Of a stretch of 49,960 nt of DNA, positions 42,882 through 49,960 are shown one piece after another. The position numbers and the translations under genes are program-made. This stretch comes from Pseudomonas phage Motto. Under the pieces are notes generated by a model. That model saw nothing but the letters and a program-made list of their open reading frames with translations, had not been told where the DNA came from and searched no databases. The stretch is taken from the sequence record ON843697.1; one strand, written 5' to 3'. Position 1 is the stretch's first letter; every line of letters starts with the position of its first letter.

Positions 42882-43093
42882 TGATCGAGTTCAACGGATG
42901 CAATTTACCGGATAACACTGTAAAGGCCGTACCTGGCAACCGTTCCGGCGTGTATTTCATGACTGATGATAATCAGCACTGGTTCACGAATGAAATGCAC
43001 AAAACAGGCTTGAAGGTTGGCGAGCGCGGTTATTACGCCGGATCTAACTTGCGAGTCAGCGAAGAAAAATACTTTAAGGAGATCACAGAATGA
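42881..43093 (+). CDS. hypothetical protein (70 aa)
   Basis: ORF. Confidence 0.4.
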   Translation: MIEFNGCNLPDNTVKAVPGNRSGVYFMTDDNQHWFTNEMHKTGLKVGERGYYAGSNLRVSEEKYFKEITE

Positions 43094-43548
43094 AGCACCT
43101 GGTATGCACTGCAACACGTTACGCTGATGATTGCGGATTAAACCATATCGGCGAATACGGACAATACCTGTTCTGCAAGAAGCCGGAAATCAAAAGAGAA
43201 TGGGGATACAAGCCAACGGATATCGAAATCAATAACGATGATATTCCATGCTACATCATGAAGCGGATCGGCAAGAACAAGTATTCTGCCTATGGCGACT
43301 CATCCGTTTACACTGCGATCCCAATGCGCAAGAGGCTAATCAACGCTTTCCAGGAGTGCGCGATCACATACGGTTGGATGAGCAAGCGCCAGGCGCGGAA
43401 GTGGGCGCGTTGTGTTGCGGATTGCTATTTCGAAAAGGATGGAAGCGCATCATGTGAAATGATCAGGACGTTCACTGATTGGTACAATGGCGACTACTGC
43501 CAGGCAAACTTTGACGATTTCGCAATGACGGAAATCAGCTATTGGTAA
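43090..43548 (+). CDS. hypothetical Cys-containing protein (152 aa)
   Basis: ORF. Confidence 0.45.
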   Translation: MKHLVCTATRYADDCGLNHIGEYGQYLFCKKPEIKREWGYKPTDIEINNDDIPCYIMKRIGKNKYSAYGDSSVYTAIPMRKRLINAFQECAITYGWMSKRQARKWARCVADCYFEKDGSASCEMIRTFTDWYNGDYCQANFDDFAMTEISYW

Positions 43549-43549
43549 A

Positions 43550-43598
43550 TAGCACTAAAAGCTAAAACACGATCGCGGGGTTATCGTATGGTAGCCCC
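43550..43598 (+). promoter_or_regulatory. cassette copy (+), variant TAGCACTAAAAGCTAAAA with weak box
   Basis: seen directly. Confidence 0.4.
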
Positions 43599-43623
43599 AC
43601 ACAAACAACAGAAGGAAAGCTAA

Positions 43624-43842
43624 ATGAAAAACGTCAAAATCAGGCTCCTTAATGATGGCGATTATCCTTTCAAAGATGAGCACAATCGCACGTTTCCTGT
43701 TATCGTAAATGGTTATATTGGCGATGGTTATTCCGGCCTTGTTCATGTTTATTACGAAGATTGCAAAGCGATCGGTATGTATCCGACTGATGGCGTGGAT
43801 TACCCATTTTACCTAGTTACGGAAGCGGAGATCGTGAAATGA
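43624..43842 (+). CDS. hypothetical protein (72 aa)
   Basis: ORF. Confidence 0.4.
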   Translation: MKNVKIRLLNDGDYPFKDEHNRTFPVIVNGYIGDGYSGLVHVYYEDCKAIGMYPTDGVDYPFYLVTEAEIVK

Positions 43843-44084
43843 GTTGCTATATCATTCAAATCGCGCCAGTCGAGCAAATGCCAGTAGGCGCAACTCTGCA
43901 TTATATCCAGCGCAAAGATGGCGAATGGGACGAACTGAGATTCAAGCCGCGCCGCATTGAAGTACACGACGATGTTATTTGCCTGCTCTCCGGTTACGCT
44001 GGAGCATACAAGACAGGAAACAATTACGGCGCTGAAATAAACATAACTCGCGGTACAAAAATCAAATACAGCACGAATTGCTAA
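43839..44084 (+). CDS. hypothetical protein (81 aa)
   Basis: stop TAA lies inside cassette 18-mer. Confidence 0.4.
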   Translation: MSCYIIQIAPVEQMPVGATLHYIQRKDGEWDELRFKPRRIEVHDDVICLLSGYAGAYKTGNNYGAEINITRGTKIKYSTNC

Positions 44085-44112
44085 AACAGCCTGGAGCGGT
44101 TGCGATATAGTG
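44069..44112 (+). promoter_or_regulatory. cassette copy (+): CAGCACGAATTGCTAAAA-23-ATAGTG
   Basis: seen directly. Confidence 0.5.
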
Positions 44113-44143
44113 ACCGCACACAAACGAACAAAAGGAAATAAAA

Positions 44144-44443
44144 ATGAAATTAGCACGTAACGCGGTATTCGCAATTGTTGACGGCTACAATGTGAGGGCA
44201 TTCTTGCACGTAAATAAAGATGATCTTATTAATCCTTTCTGGGTTAGCGATTACGGCAAAAACGGGTTTAGTGTTCATGGTGAGTTGTGCAAGGCTCTTG
44301 GCGATGCTGGCGGTCATGAGCACTGGAGAGGCGTTTGTGATGGTCATCATGAAATCATCATGATTCAAAGCCACGTAACGAGCGCCGATAAAGTTGATTT
44401 CAAGCGCTGCATGAAGTTCTTTAAAAAGCGCACAAAACGCTAA
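44144..44443 (+). CDS. hypothetical protein (99 aa)
   Basis: ORF. Confidence 0.4.
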   Translation: MKLARNAVFAIVDGYNVRAFLHVNKDDLINPFWVSDYGKNGFSVHGELCKALGDAGGHEHWRGVCDGHHEIIMIQSHVTSADKVDFKRCMKFFKKRTKR

Positions 44444-44509
44444 AACTTCCGCAAGCCCATTCGCTAAAGTGGGCTTATTGAAGCAAGGCAACCAATCAGA
44501 GGAATAACC

Positions 44510-44770
44510 ATGCAACAGGTAAAGATTATCAATAGCGATTACATCACATTCGATCCGGTAGTGTGTGAGATCGTAAACGCCAGGCGTTTTGGCAATGGCT
44601 GGATGATTAAGGTTAGCGAGTCATTCATATTTTGCAGAGATAACGCCAGGGTTTGGAGCGGTGACGAAGATCAGGAAATGTATTTTGGTTCTTGGGAAGT
44701 TGAAGAAGTTAAAAGCCCGTTCGCATACTGGAATAAACTTAAATCAGGGACACTACATGCAGAGCTTTAA
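44510..44770 (+). CDS. hypothetical protein (86 aa)
   Basis: preceded by hairpin + CAACCAATCAGAGGAATAACC leader (degenerate cassette). Confidence 0.4.
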   Translation: MQQVKIINSDYITFDPVVCEIVNARRFGNGWMIKVSESFIFCRDNARVWSGDEDQEMYFGSWEVEEVKSPFAYWNKLKSGTLHAEL

Positions 44771-45287
44771 TTTATGGGATCGAAGATATCCGCTTTCATC
44801 GCCGAAAGGTGTCGTTATTGTGGATTATGACGGAACGTTGAGCAACGGAACGCACCGCTTGCACCTGTTGCCAACGGAAAACTTACACCTTACTGAATCA
44901 TGGAGTGAGTTTAATCGCGCCGCCGTGAACGATACGCCATTCAGTAGCACGATAGCTGTGATTAACTCGCTATGGGTTGCAGGTCACGCAATCATTATCC
45001 TAACAGGGCGAAGTGATGAGGTTGAGGCTGAATCTCACAAATGGCTAAAGGATAACGGCGTGAAATATGATTTCATGATCATGCGCCGCGCAACTGACAA
45101 CCGGAAAGATACCGTTATCAAAGAGGAAGTTTTACGCGCTATCGGCCTGGAAAATATAGTGTGCGCCTTTGATGATTCTCCAAGCGTGATCCGCCACTTC
45201 CGCAGCCTGGGGATCGCAACATTCGCGGTAACTGAGTACGATAAGCCGCATTCACACTTACAGAGTCACGGAGTTGATGAGCTATGA
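44757..45287 (+). CDS. HAD-superfamily phosphatase (polynucleotide 3'-phosphatase-like)
   Basis: motif I VIVDYDGTL, motif II ILTGRSD, motif IV FDDSPSV; start uncertain (ATG 44757). Confidence 0.5.
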   Translation: MQSFNLWDRRYPLSSPKGVVIVDYDGTLSNGTHRLHLLPTENLHLTESWSEFNRAAVNDTPFSSTIAVINSLWVAGHAIIILTGRSDEVEAESHKWLKDNGVKYDFMIMRRATDNRKDTVIKEEVLRAIGLENIVCAFDDSPSVIRHFRSLGIATFAVTEYDKPHSHLQSHGVDEL

Positions 45288-45436
45288 CAACATGGTTATT
45301 GATCGCAATTAGCTATTATGGCGGAATGCAGCCTGTTGAATTTACAAGCCATAAGGCTTGTATTGAGGCCAGGGAAACAGTTAAAAAACACACCCCTGTG
45401 GGTTGGGCTAATACTTACGTTTGCGTCAAGAAATAG
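45284..45436 (+). CDS. small protein (50 aa)
   Basis: not in track; ATGA overlap; stop is TAG of next cassette. Confidence 0.3.
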   Translation: MTTWLLIAISYYGGMQPVEFTSHKACIEARETVKKHTPVGWANTYVCVKK

Positions 45437-45477
45437 CACGAATTGCTAAAAGCGGGGCGCAATACCCCGCTATAATG
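45434..45477 (+). promoter_or_regulatory. cassette copy (+): TAGCACGAATTGCTAAAA-23-ATAATG, hairpin gcggggcgcaataccccgc
   Basis: seen directly. Confidence 0.55.
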
Positions 45478-45505
45478 CAACCAACGAAACAACAAGGAGA
45501 TAACA

Positions 45506-45808
45506 ATGAAAGTTTTTTATTACAGCTTTGCGTCACTAAGTGCTTATTACATTGTTGACGATGGCGGTTTGGTGATGGTTTCCAAAACTCCATTCATCAC
45601 TAAAAACTCACAGCGTAGCGCGGTTAGCGAAAATGAGGTTTTAGAGTTGGCTTACAATGGTCACTTTGCGCCGCATAACCTGAAAGCGGCGGTTGCATTG
45701 AAAGAGTATCGCGATACAAATCGCAAGAAGCGAAACGTCAGCCTTACAATTCTTGGGATTGGCGTTGCGGTGATGGTGTTATCAATTCTTAGCGGGTGGT
45801 GGTCATGA
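45506..45808 (+). CDS. hypothetical protein with C-terminal membrane anchor (100 aa)
   Basis: C-terminal LTILGIGVAVMVLSILSGWW. Confidence 0.4.
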   Translation: MKVFYYSFASLSAYYIVDDGGLVMVSKTPFITKNSQRSAVSENEVLELAYNGHFAPHNLKAAVALKEYRDTNRKKRNVSLTILGIGVAVMVLSILSGWWS

Positions 45809-45987
45809 TTCTGGATAATGACATTGCAACAACAAAGACGATCAACTATCTGCGCACCCTGGCGGATATGCTGGAAAACAAACAGGTATACGTGAACGAT
45901 ATTTCTATTGAATCGCGTAATGTATGCTGGAACGTAGAAGAAGAAACATTAACTTTGCAGACAATGAAGGCGGTAAACAATGGCTAA
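45805..45987 (+). CDS. hypothetical protein (60 aa)
   Basis: ATG 45805 overlapping previous stop; track start 45796 is GTG. Confidence 0.35.
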   Translation: MILDNDIATTKTINYLRTLADMLENKQVYVNDISIESRNVCWNVEEETLTLQTMKAVNNG

Positions 45988-46564
45988 AATCATTCTACTC
46001 AACGCCCCGAAAGGGGCAGGAAAGGACACTGTAGCAAACGCAATTTGTGAGCGCCTGGATTACCCGCGCAAAGCAAGCTTTAAAGCGCCAATGTTTCAGA
46101 TCGCGCTTGCCATCCTGGGGCAACATAATTATTGCCGATTCCTTGACGTTTACGGCGACAGAGAGCAGAAGGAAAAAGCACATGATTTCCTGATGGGTAT
46201 GACTTGCCGCCAATTCATGATCTGGATTAGCGAAGAAGTGATTAAACCGAAGTTTGGTGAAAAGTATTTCGGCAAACGCCTGTCAGACCTGGCCGCTAAT
46301 TCTGATTATCCTGTTATCGTCTCAGATTGCGGATTTGAGCAAGAAGTGATTGCGCTGATTGAGGGCGGTCATGAAGTGAAGTTGGTTCGTATGCATCGCC
46401 AGGGATTCGAGTTTGACGAAACTGACAGCCGAAACTACGTTTACTTGCCAGCGTGCTACTACGGCGAAAACGGATATGAAGAAATCGACGTTGATTTGTT
46501 CGATGGCGATCCGGTATATACCGCTTATGAACTTATTCACAAGTTCAAACTTAAACAGCACTAA
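45980..46564 (+). CDS. deoxynucleoside monophosphate kinase-like P-loop kinase (T4 gp1-like)
   Basis: N-terminus MAKIILLNAPKGAGKDTVANAI closely resembles T4 dNMP kinase MKLIFLSGVKRSGKDTTADFI. Confidence 0.55.
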   Translation: MAKIILLNAPKGAGKDTVANAICERLDYPRKASFKAPMFQIALAILGQHNYCRFLDVYGDREQKEKAHDFLMGMTCRQFMIWISEEVIKPKFGEKYFGKRLSDLAANSDYPVIVSDCGFEQEVIALIEGGHEVKLVRMHRQGFEFDETDSRNYVYLPACYYGENGYEEIDVDLFDGDPVYTAYELIHKFKLKQH

Positions 46565-46599
46565 TTGCTAAAGCTTGCTAAGAGGCATTTGATATAGTG
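46556..46599 (+). promoter_or_regulatory. cassette copy (+): CAGCACTAATTGCTAAAG-23-ATAGTG
   Basis: kinase stop TAA lies inside motif. Confidence 0.45.
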
Positions 46600-46632
46600 C
46601 CTCTTGTCGAGTGAACCAATCAGGAGAATCAA

Positions 46633-46812
46633 GTGAAAACGACTTTAATATATATCGCGCTTTTGGTGGCTGGTATCTGGCTTTTAGATGGCGACTGGCT
46701 TACTACCCTGGGCGGTCTGTTGATTTTCATTGCTGGCGGTATTGTTGGCGAACAATCAGCAAAGGAGAAGAACAAAATAAGCGATCACTTACGGAGCATG
46801 ACAAAACGATGA
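46633..46812 (+). CDS. small membrane protein (59 aa, GTG start)
   Basis: GTG 6 nt after AGGAG in conserved leader GAACCAATCAGGAGAATCAA; two hydrophobic segments; different frame from track ORF 46611. Confidence 0.35.
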   Translation: MKTTLIYIALLVAGIWLLDGDWLTTLGGLLIFIAGGIVGEQSAKEKNKISDHLRSMTKR

Positions 46813-46994
46813 TATACGCGCACAACGAAGATTTTGCGGTTTATACTCCTGGCGTGAGCTATGAAATTAAAACGGTTAATCATCGCAAGTGCGCCGAGTA
46901 TGCCCTAATAACTTACGATAAAGATGGCGATTTGCTAAATACGATAATGCTTACGCCTGAACAACACGAAAACTTGAAAGTGGAGATTTGTTAA
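46809..46994 (+). CDS. hypothetical protein (61 aa)
   Basis: ATGA overlap with upstream stop; 3' part of track ORF 46611..46994. Confidence 0.4.
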   Translation: MIYAHNEDFAVYTPGVSYEIKTVNHRKCAEYALITYDKDGDLLNTIMLTPEQHENLKVEIC

Positions 46995-47443
46995 TGAAAA
47001 TTTTAATGGTTGCAAAGAAAACTGTTGATGGAATTATCACAGAGGGCAAGCAATACGCAGTTGAGGATTTCACCGATTCTCTTTACATGGTGAAAGGCGA
47101 CAATGGAAAGTATGCAATTGTAAAGGAACACTTTGAAAGTCCTTTCTTAAATAGCGTCAAGCAGATCGCAAATAAGGCTGATGAGCTTGCAAAGAAAGAG
47201 CGTGAGCGTGTACGCGATAACGTATTAAACGCGCCTTTTGTTGGTGGGGCTGGATGGCGCATTCATCGTGAAGGTGATGTTACATTCGCTGATATCAAGA
47301 GCAACAATTTCCAACCTAATGCATACTTTGATACCCTTGATGAATTGCGCAAGATTCTACGTGTGCCAGAGGGTGATAACATTCTGACTCATGCCAGGAT
47401 GGTTAGAGAATTGGCTGACGTTCTGATCAAATTGCAGAAATAG
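46994..47443 (+). CDS. hypothetical protein (149 aa)
   Basis: ATG 46994 in TAATG overlap; track start 46988 is TTG. Confidence 0.45.
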   Translation: MKILMVAKKTVDGIITEGKQYAVEDFTDSLYMVKGDNGKYAIVKEHFESPFLNSVKQIANKADELAKKERERVRDNVLNAPFVGGAGWRIHREGDVTFADIKSNNFQPNAYFDTLDELRKILRVPEGDNILTHARMVRELADVLIKLQK

Positions 47444-47484
47444 CACTTTTTGTTAAAAGCCGGAATTCGTTTCCGGCTATTATC
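47441..47484 (+). promoter_or_regulatory. cassette copy (+): TAGCACTTTTTGTTAAAA-23-ATTATC, hairpin gccggaattcgtttccggc
   Basis: TAG is stop of previous gene. Confidence 0.55.
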
Positions 47485-47515
47485 TTCTCAACGAAACAAC
47501 ACAGAGGAATAAAAA

Positions 47516-47728
47516 ATGAAAATCCGTATCACTAAAGTTGATTGCCGCGAATGCGATGAAAGTTTGACTCTTGCTGATTGCGGTTTCCAGGTTGGTGACG
47601 TTGTTGAAGTAGATGGTCACTTTGCCGATGGTAGTTACTGCGTGTTAGCAATCCGCAACACTGATGAAATCGAGATCGGCGATAACGTAAGCGTAGAACA
47701 TTATGAATGCGAGGTTGTAGAAGAATGA
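47516..47728 (+). CDS. hypothetical protein with CxxC pairs (70 aa)
   Basis: CRECD...CGFQ; ATG after leader CAACGAAACAACACAGAGGAA. Confidence 0.4.
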   Translation: MKIRITKVDCRECDESLTLADCGFQVGDVVEVDGHFADGSYCVLAIRNTDEIEIGDNVSVEHYECEVVEE

Positions 47729-47994
47729 TCACAATTAACCTTTCAGAGAAACAGGCTAAATCACTTCTTGATAGTCTTGGCTGGCGCTGGTGTGACGATC
47801 CGGCAAGTCACGACAATGTTACAATCGAGAGCGGCGTTTCAGATGAGCTTTTTAGACAGCTTGAGCAGCAGTTAACCCCACGATCAACAAGCGCGGCGGA
47901 ATTGGCAGTATGGCGGCATGAAGGCGGGTTAACAGAAATGGAAGTTGAGCGATGGAAACGCAAGAACGAAACGGCGGAGGGTTGCGGCTTATGA
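47725..47994 (+). CDS. hypothetical protein (89 aa)
   Basis: ATGA overlap. Confidence 0.4.
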   Translation: MITINLSEKQAKSLLDSLGWRWCDDPASHDNVTIESGVSDELFRQLEQQLTPRSTSAAELAVWRHEGGLTEMEVERWKRKNETAEGCGL

Positions 47995-48314
47995 TCTGGA
48001 TTCATACATACGGGATCGGCAAGTTCAAGCGCACAATCTTGCGAACGGTTCACGACACGGAAGAAAGCGCAAAGTTTGCGCAGGATGTTTTAGGCGGTGA
48101 AATCGTCGCCTATGAAAAAGCTGATGATGTGGCGGCGCTGAACTACCACATTGAACAAATCGCTATGAGCGAGATCTCAGAGTTGATTGATTCGCTATCG
48201 ACGGAAGCACCAGGTTCACCGCGAGAACTTGAGGCCGGATCGTCAGAGTGGGATTGCTGGAAGGTTGAAACAATGAACCGCTTTTCTGATATCCTAAACG
48301 GAAAATTTAACTAA
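47991..48314 (+). CDS. hypothetical protein (107 aa)
   Basis: ATGA overlap, RBS ggaggg. Confidence 0.4.
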   Translation: MIWIHTYGIGKFKRTILRTVHDTEESAKFAQDVLGGEIVAYEKADDVAALNYHIEQIAMSEISELIDSLSTEAPGSPRELEAGSSEWDCWKVETMNRFSDILNGKFN

Positions 48315-48379
48315 ATCGAATAGTGTTTAAAGCGCCTCAAACGCATTCTAAGAGGCGCAAATTTTAGAGGTACGTTTGC

Positions 48380-48607
48380 ATGTTTGGACTAAATGAAGCG
48401 CAGTACAACGCAGTGAAGCGCGTAGCGCGTGAATGTTCAGTTGATATCAAAGACGAGATTAAGCGCGGCGGAAAGTATGACCAAATCGCGGCTGGAATAA
48501 TCACAAAGCACCATAGCAAAATTTCGACGATTATCACGCGCTTGCGCTTTATCTGGCTTGTTGGATACCTTGAAGGGCGTTACGGGCAAGCTGGCGAGTA
48601 CGAATAA
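48380..48607 (+). CDS. hypothetical protein (75 aa)
   Basis: RBS agagg; preceded by degenerate cassette. Confidence 0.4.
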   Translation: MFGLNEAQYNAVKRVARECSVDIKDEIKRGGKYDQIAAGIITKHHSKISTIITRLRFIWLVGYLEGRYGQAGEYE

Positions 48608-48794
48608 TAAGCAAATGAACGCCTTACGATTGACGCCGATCTTCCTGATTGGTAACATGCAAGGCGTTTAATTAAGAGGCTCAGACGAGCAACGCGCGGC
48701 GCGATAGCCGCTTATAAGGTGGATGCAAGATCGGTTGTGAAAGATAACAACGCCGGATTCCGTAACCGCGCATCACCACTCAGAGGAAAAGCAA

Positions 48795-48956
48795 ATGAGC
48801 AATAAAGAAGTTGCAAAGGTAACAATCATCGTCGAGCGCAACGGCGTAAAGACAAAGTTTAAAAAGCGCTTTGCAAAAGGCGAGGCGGCGTTAGGTCGGG
48901 TTGGCGACTTCATGGTTAAGTTGCAAGAGGATAAGCCTGATGAAGTGGCGCGTTAA
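48795..48956 (+). CDS. small basic protein (53 aa)
   Basis: not in track; RBS agaggaaaagcaaATG. Confidence 0.3.
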   Translation: MSNKEVAKVTIIVERNGVKTKFKKRFAKGEAALGRVGDFMVKLQEDKPDEVAR

Positions 48957-49125
48957 CATGACGATTCGGCGCATGGGGCGCAATTGCGGATCGTGTAGAC
49001 AAGAGTTCGAAACAGTGGTTACAGCGTGTAGTGCTGAAATGGCTGTAAGGTTCGCGAAAGAATATTCTTGCGCAGATCCTGAAACTCATCAATTTTCCAT
49101 CAATCGTGTAGAGGTGATTAAATGA
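48940..49125 (+). CDS. hypothetical Cys-containing protein (61 aa)
   Basis: ATG 48940 with RBS gagga; track start 48901 is TTG. Confidence 0.35.
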   Translation: MKWRVNMTIRRMGRNCGSCRQEFETVVTACSAEMAVRFAKEYSCADPETHQFSINRVEVIK

Positions 49126-49352
49126 TTGCATTTATCGGCGGCTTTGTTGTTTGTGGGATTCTGGCGTTTGTTCTTTATTGCCTTATCTCTTTTGGGATTA
49201 TCGCTTGTGTTAAGGATCGCGAATTGGCGATCGCCATTTATCGGAAGAAAACCGACACTTGGGAAGTAACGAAAACGTTCGATCAAGTTGTTCAGACTAT
49301 TGAAGTGCGTAAGCGGTTTGGTCGGCCTGGCGCAGTAAAATACATTGATTGA
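49122..49352 (+). CDS. small membrane protein (76 aa)
   Basis: N-terminal TMD MIAFIGGFVVCGILAFVLYCLISFGIIAC. Confidence 0.4.
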   Translation: MIAFIGGFVVCGILAFVLYCLISFGIIACVKDRELAIAIYRKKTDTWEVTKTFDQVVQTIEVRKRFGRPGAVKYID

Positions 49353-49358
49353 TTCACT

Positions 49359-49381
49359 AACCCGCTACGGCGGGTTTTTTT
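49359..49381 (+). terminator. terminator acccgctacggcgggt + TTTTTTTG
   Basis: seen directly. Confidence 0.65.
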
Positions 49382-49393
49382 GTGCCTGTTATT

Positions 49394-49402
49394 TGCTATA
49401 AT
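49394..49402 (+). promoter_or_regulatory. extended -10 promoter TGcTATAAT upstream of terS
   Basis: seen directly, 27 nt upstream of RBS aggagg. Confidence 0.4.
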
Positions 49403-49428
49403 CCACAGCCTAACAGGAGGATTTACAC

Positions 49429-49950
49429 ATGAGCAAAAAAGAAACTGTTGCGGCTGAATGCCTTAATTTTAAAAAGCTATATAACAAAAAGTTTGCTGAT
49501 ATCGTCGGCGGCGGCGTTGATGGCAGGGCGCAATTAACGCCAGAGCAATTAATGAATCTTGTTGTTAGCTATTTTGAATGGGCTGAAACAAACGCTATCA
49601 AAGCTGGTGAAACCGCATCATTCCAGGGTAAAACATACGAAGATACGATCCACAGGCCGCGAGTGTTTACATGGGCTGGGCTAACCCTGTTTTGCGGCGT
49701 ATCAACTGGCATCATTCAGAAGTGGAAACGTCAACCTGGATATATGCAGGTTTTAGACTTTGCTGAAACCGTTATCAGAGAACAAAAATACCAGTATGCA
49801 GCAAACGGAATGATTAACACGAACATGATCGCAAAAGAGCTTGGCATTGATAAGGGCGACACGTTCAACATTACCGCGAGCGCAGAGGCAGAAGCCAATA
49901 CTCAAGAGGCGATGGAAAAAGCAGTAGAGAATGTGTTAAGCAAGCTGTAA
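49429..49950 (+). CDS. terS: terminase small subunit
   Basis: 173 aa, last gene before terL across the window junction; predicted HTH-like N-terminal region and acidic C-terminus. Confidence 0.5.
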   Translation: MSKKETVAAECLNFKKLYNKKFADIVGGGVDGRAQLTPEQLMNLVVSYFEWAETNAIKAGETASFQGKTYEDTIHRPRVFTWAGLTLFCGVSTGIIQKWKRQPGYMQVLDFAETVIREQKYQYAANGMINTNMIAKELGIDKGDTFNITASAEAEANTQEAMEKAVENVLSKL

Positions 49951-49960
49951 GGGGGGCATC

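Noticed and set aside
1-49960. Prophage / integrative element, CRISPR array, transposon
   Set aside because: No integrase, repressor/Cro pair, att-like flanking repeats, IS-type inverted terminal repeats or CRISPR repeat-spacer periodicity was found. The gene content is that of a virulent T1-like phage.

Overview
The window reads as an essentially complete, circularly closed genome (about 50 kb) of a virulent T1-like siphophage (Drexlerviridae-type), with terL at position 1 and terS ending at 49950. All functional calls come from motifs I can read in the ORF-track proteins, not from database searches.

Layout:
- 1-20055, + strand: packaging, head and lambda-like tail genes. These include the tape measure, a G/GT -1 frameshift, M/L/K/I tail-tip genes and a 1148-aa J-like host-specificity protein.
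- 20080-20410, - strand: a Cor/Llp-like lipoprotein and a tiny membrane peptide.
- 20411-20922 and 40712-41531: two AT-rich divergent regulatory hubs that share a ~200-bp direct repeat.
- 20956-23218, +: a recombination module (PD-(D/E)XK exonuclease, Erf, SSB).
- 23251-27290, -: tail fibre with a C-terminal intramolecular-chaperone domain, primase and an HTH protein.
- 27377-33806, +: SF2 helicase, VRR-NUC nuclease, Dam methylase, small genes, an HTH-metallophosphoesterase, and a lysis cassette (pinholin-like holin, SAR endolysin resembling phage 21 R, u-spanin).
- 33820-40678, -: small early genes, a 527-aa P-loop NTPase and a short C5-cytosine methyltransferase-like gene.
- 41532-49950, +: small early genes, a HAD phosphatase, a T4 gp1-like dNMP kinase and terS.

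No integrase, repressor, tRNA or CRISPR is visible.

Most notable feature: a family of at least 17 modular intergenic cassettes. Each has:
- a semi-palindromic 18-mer, TAGCAC-N4-TGYTAAAA;
- a fixed 21-23-nt spacer that is usually a GC hairpin whose sequence varies while its structure is kept;
- an ATAATG-type box;
- a conserved CAACGAAACGAAC leader, an RBS and the start codon.

The cassettes sit in front of early genes on both strands. They often overlap the upstream stop codon, and in several cases they carry an in-frame ATG.

Other findings:
- repeated terminator+RBS modules in the late operon;
- identical terminator hairpins flanking the tail-fibre gene;
- a 21-bp palindrome and GATTG/CAATC repeats in the regulatory hub;
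- several strongly supported small genes that are missing from the ORF track.
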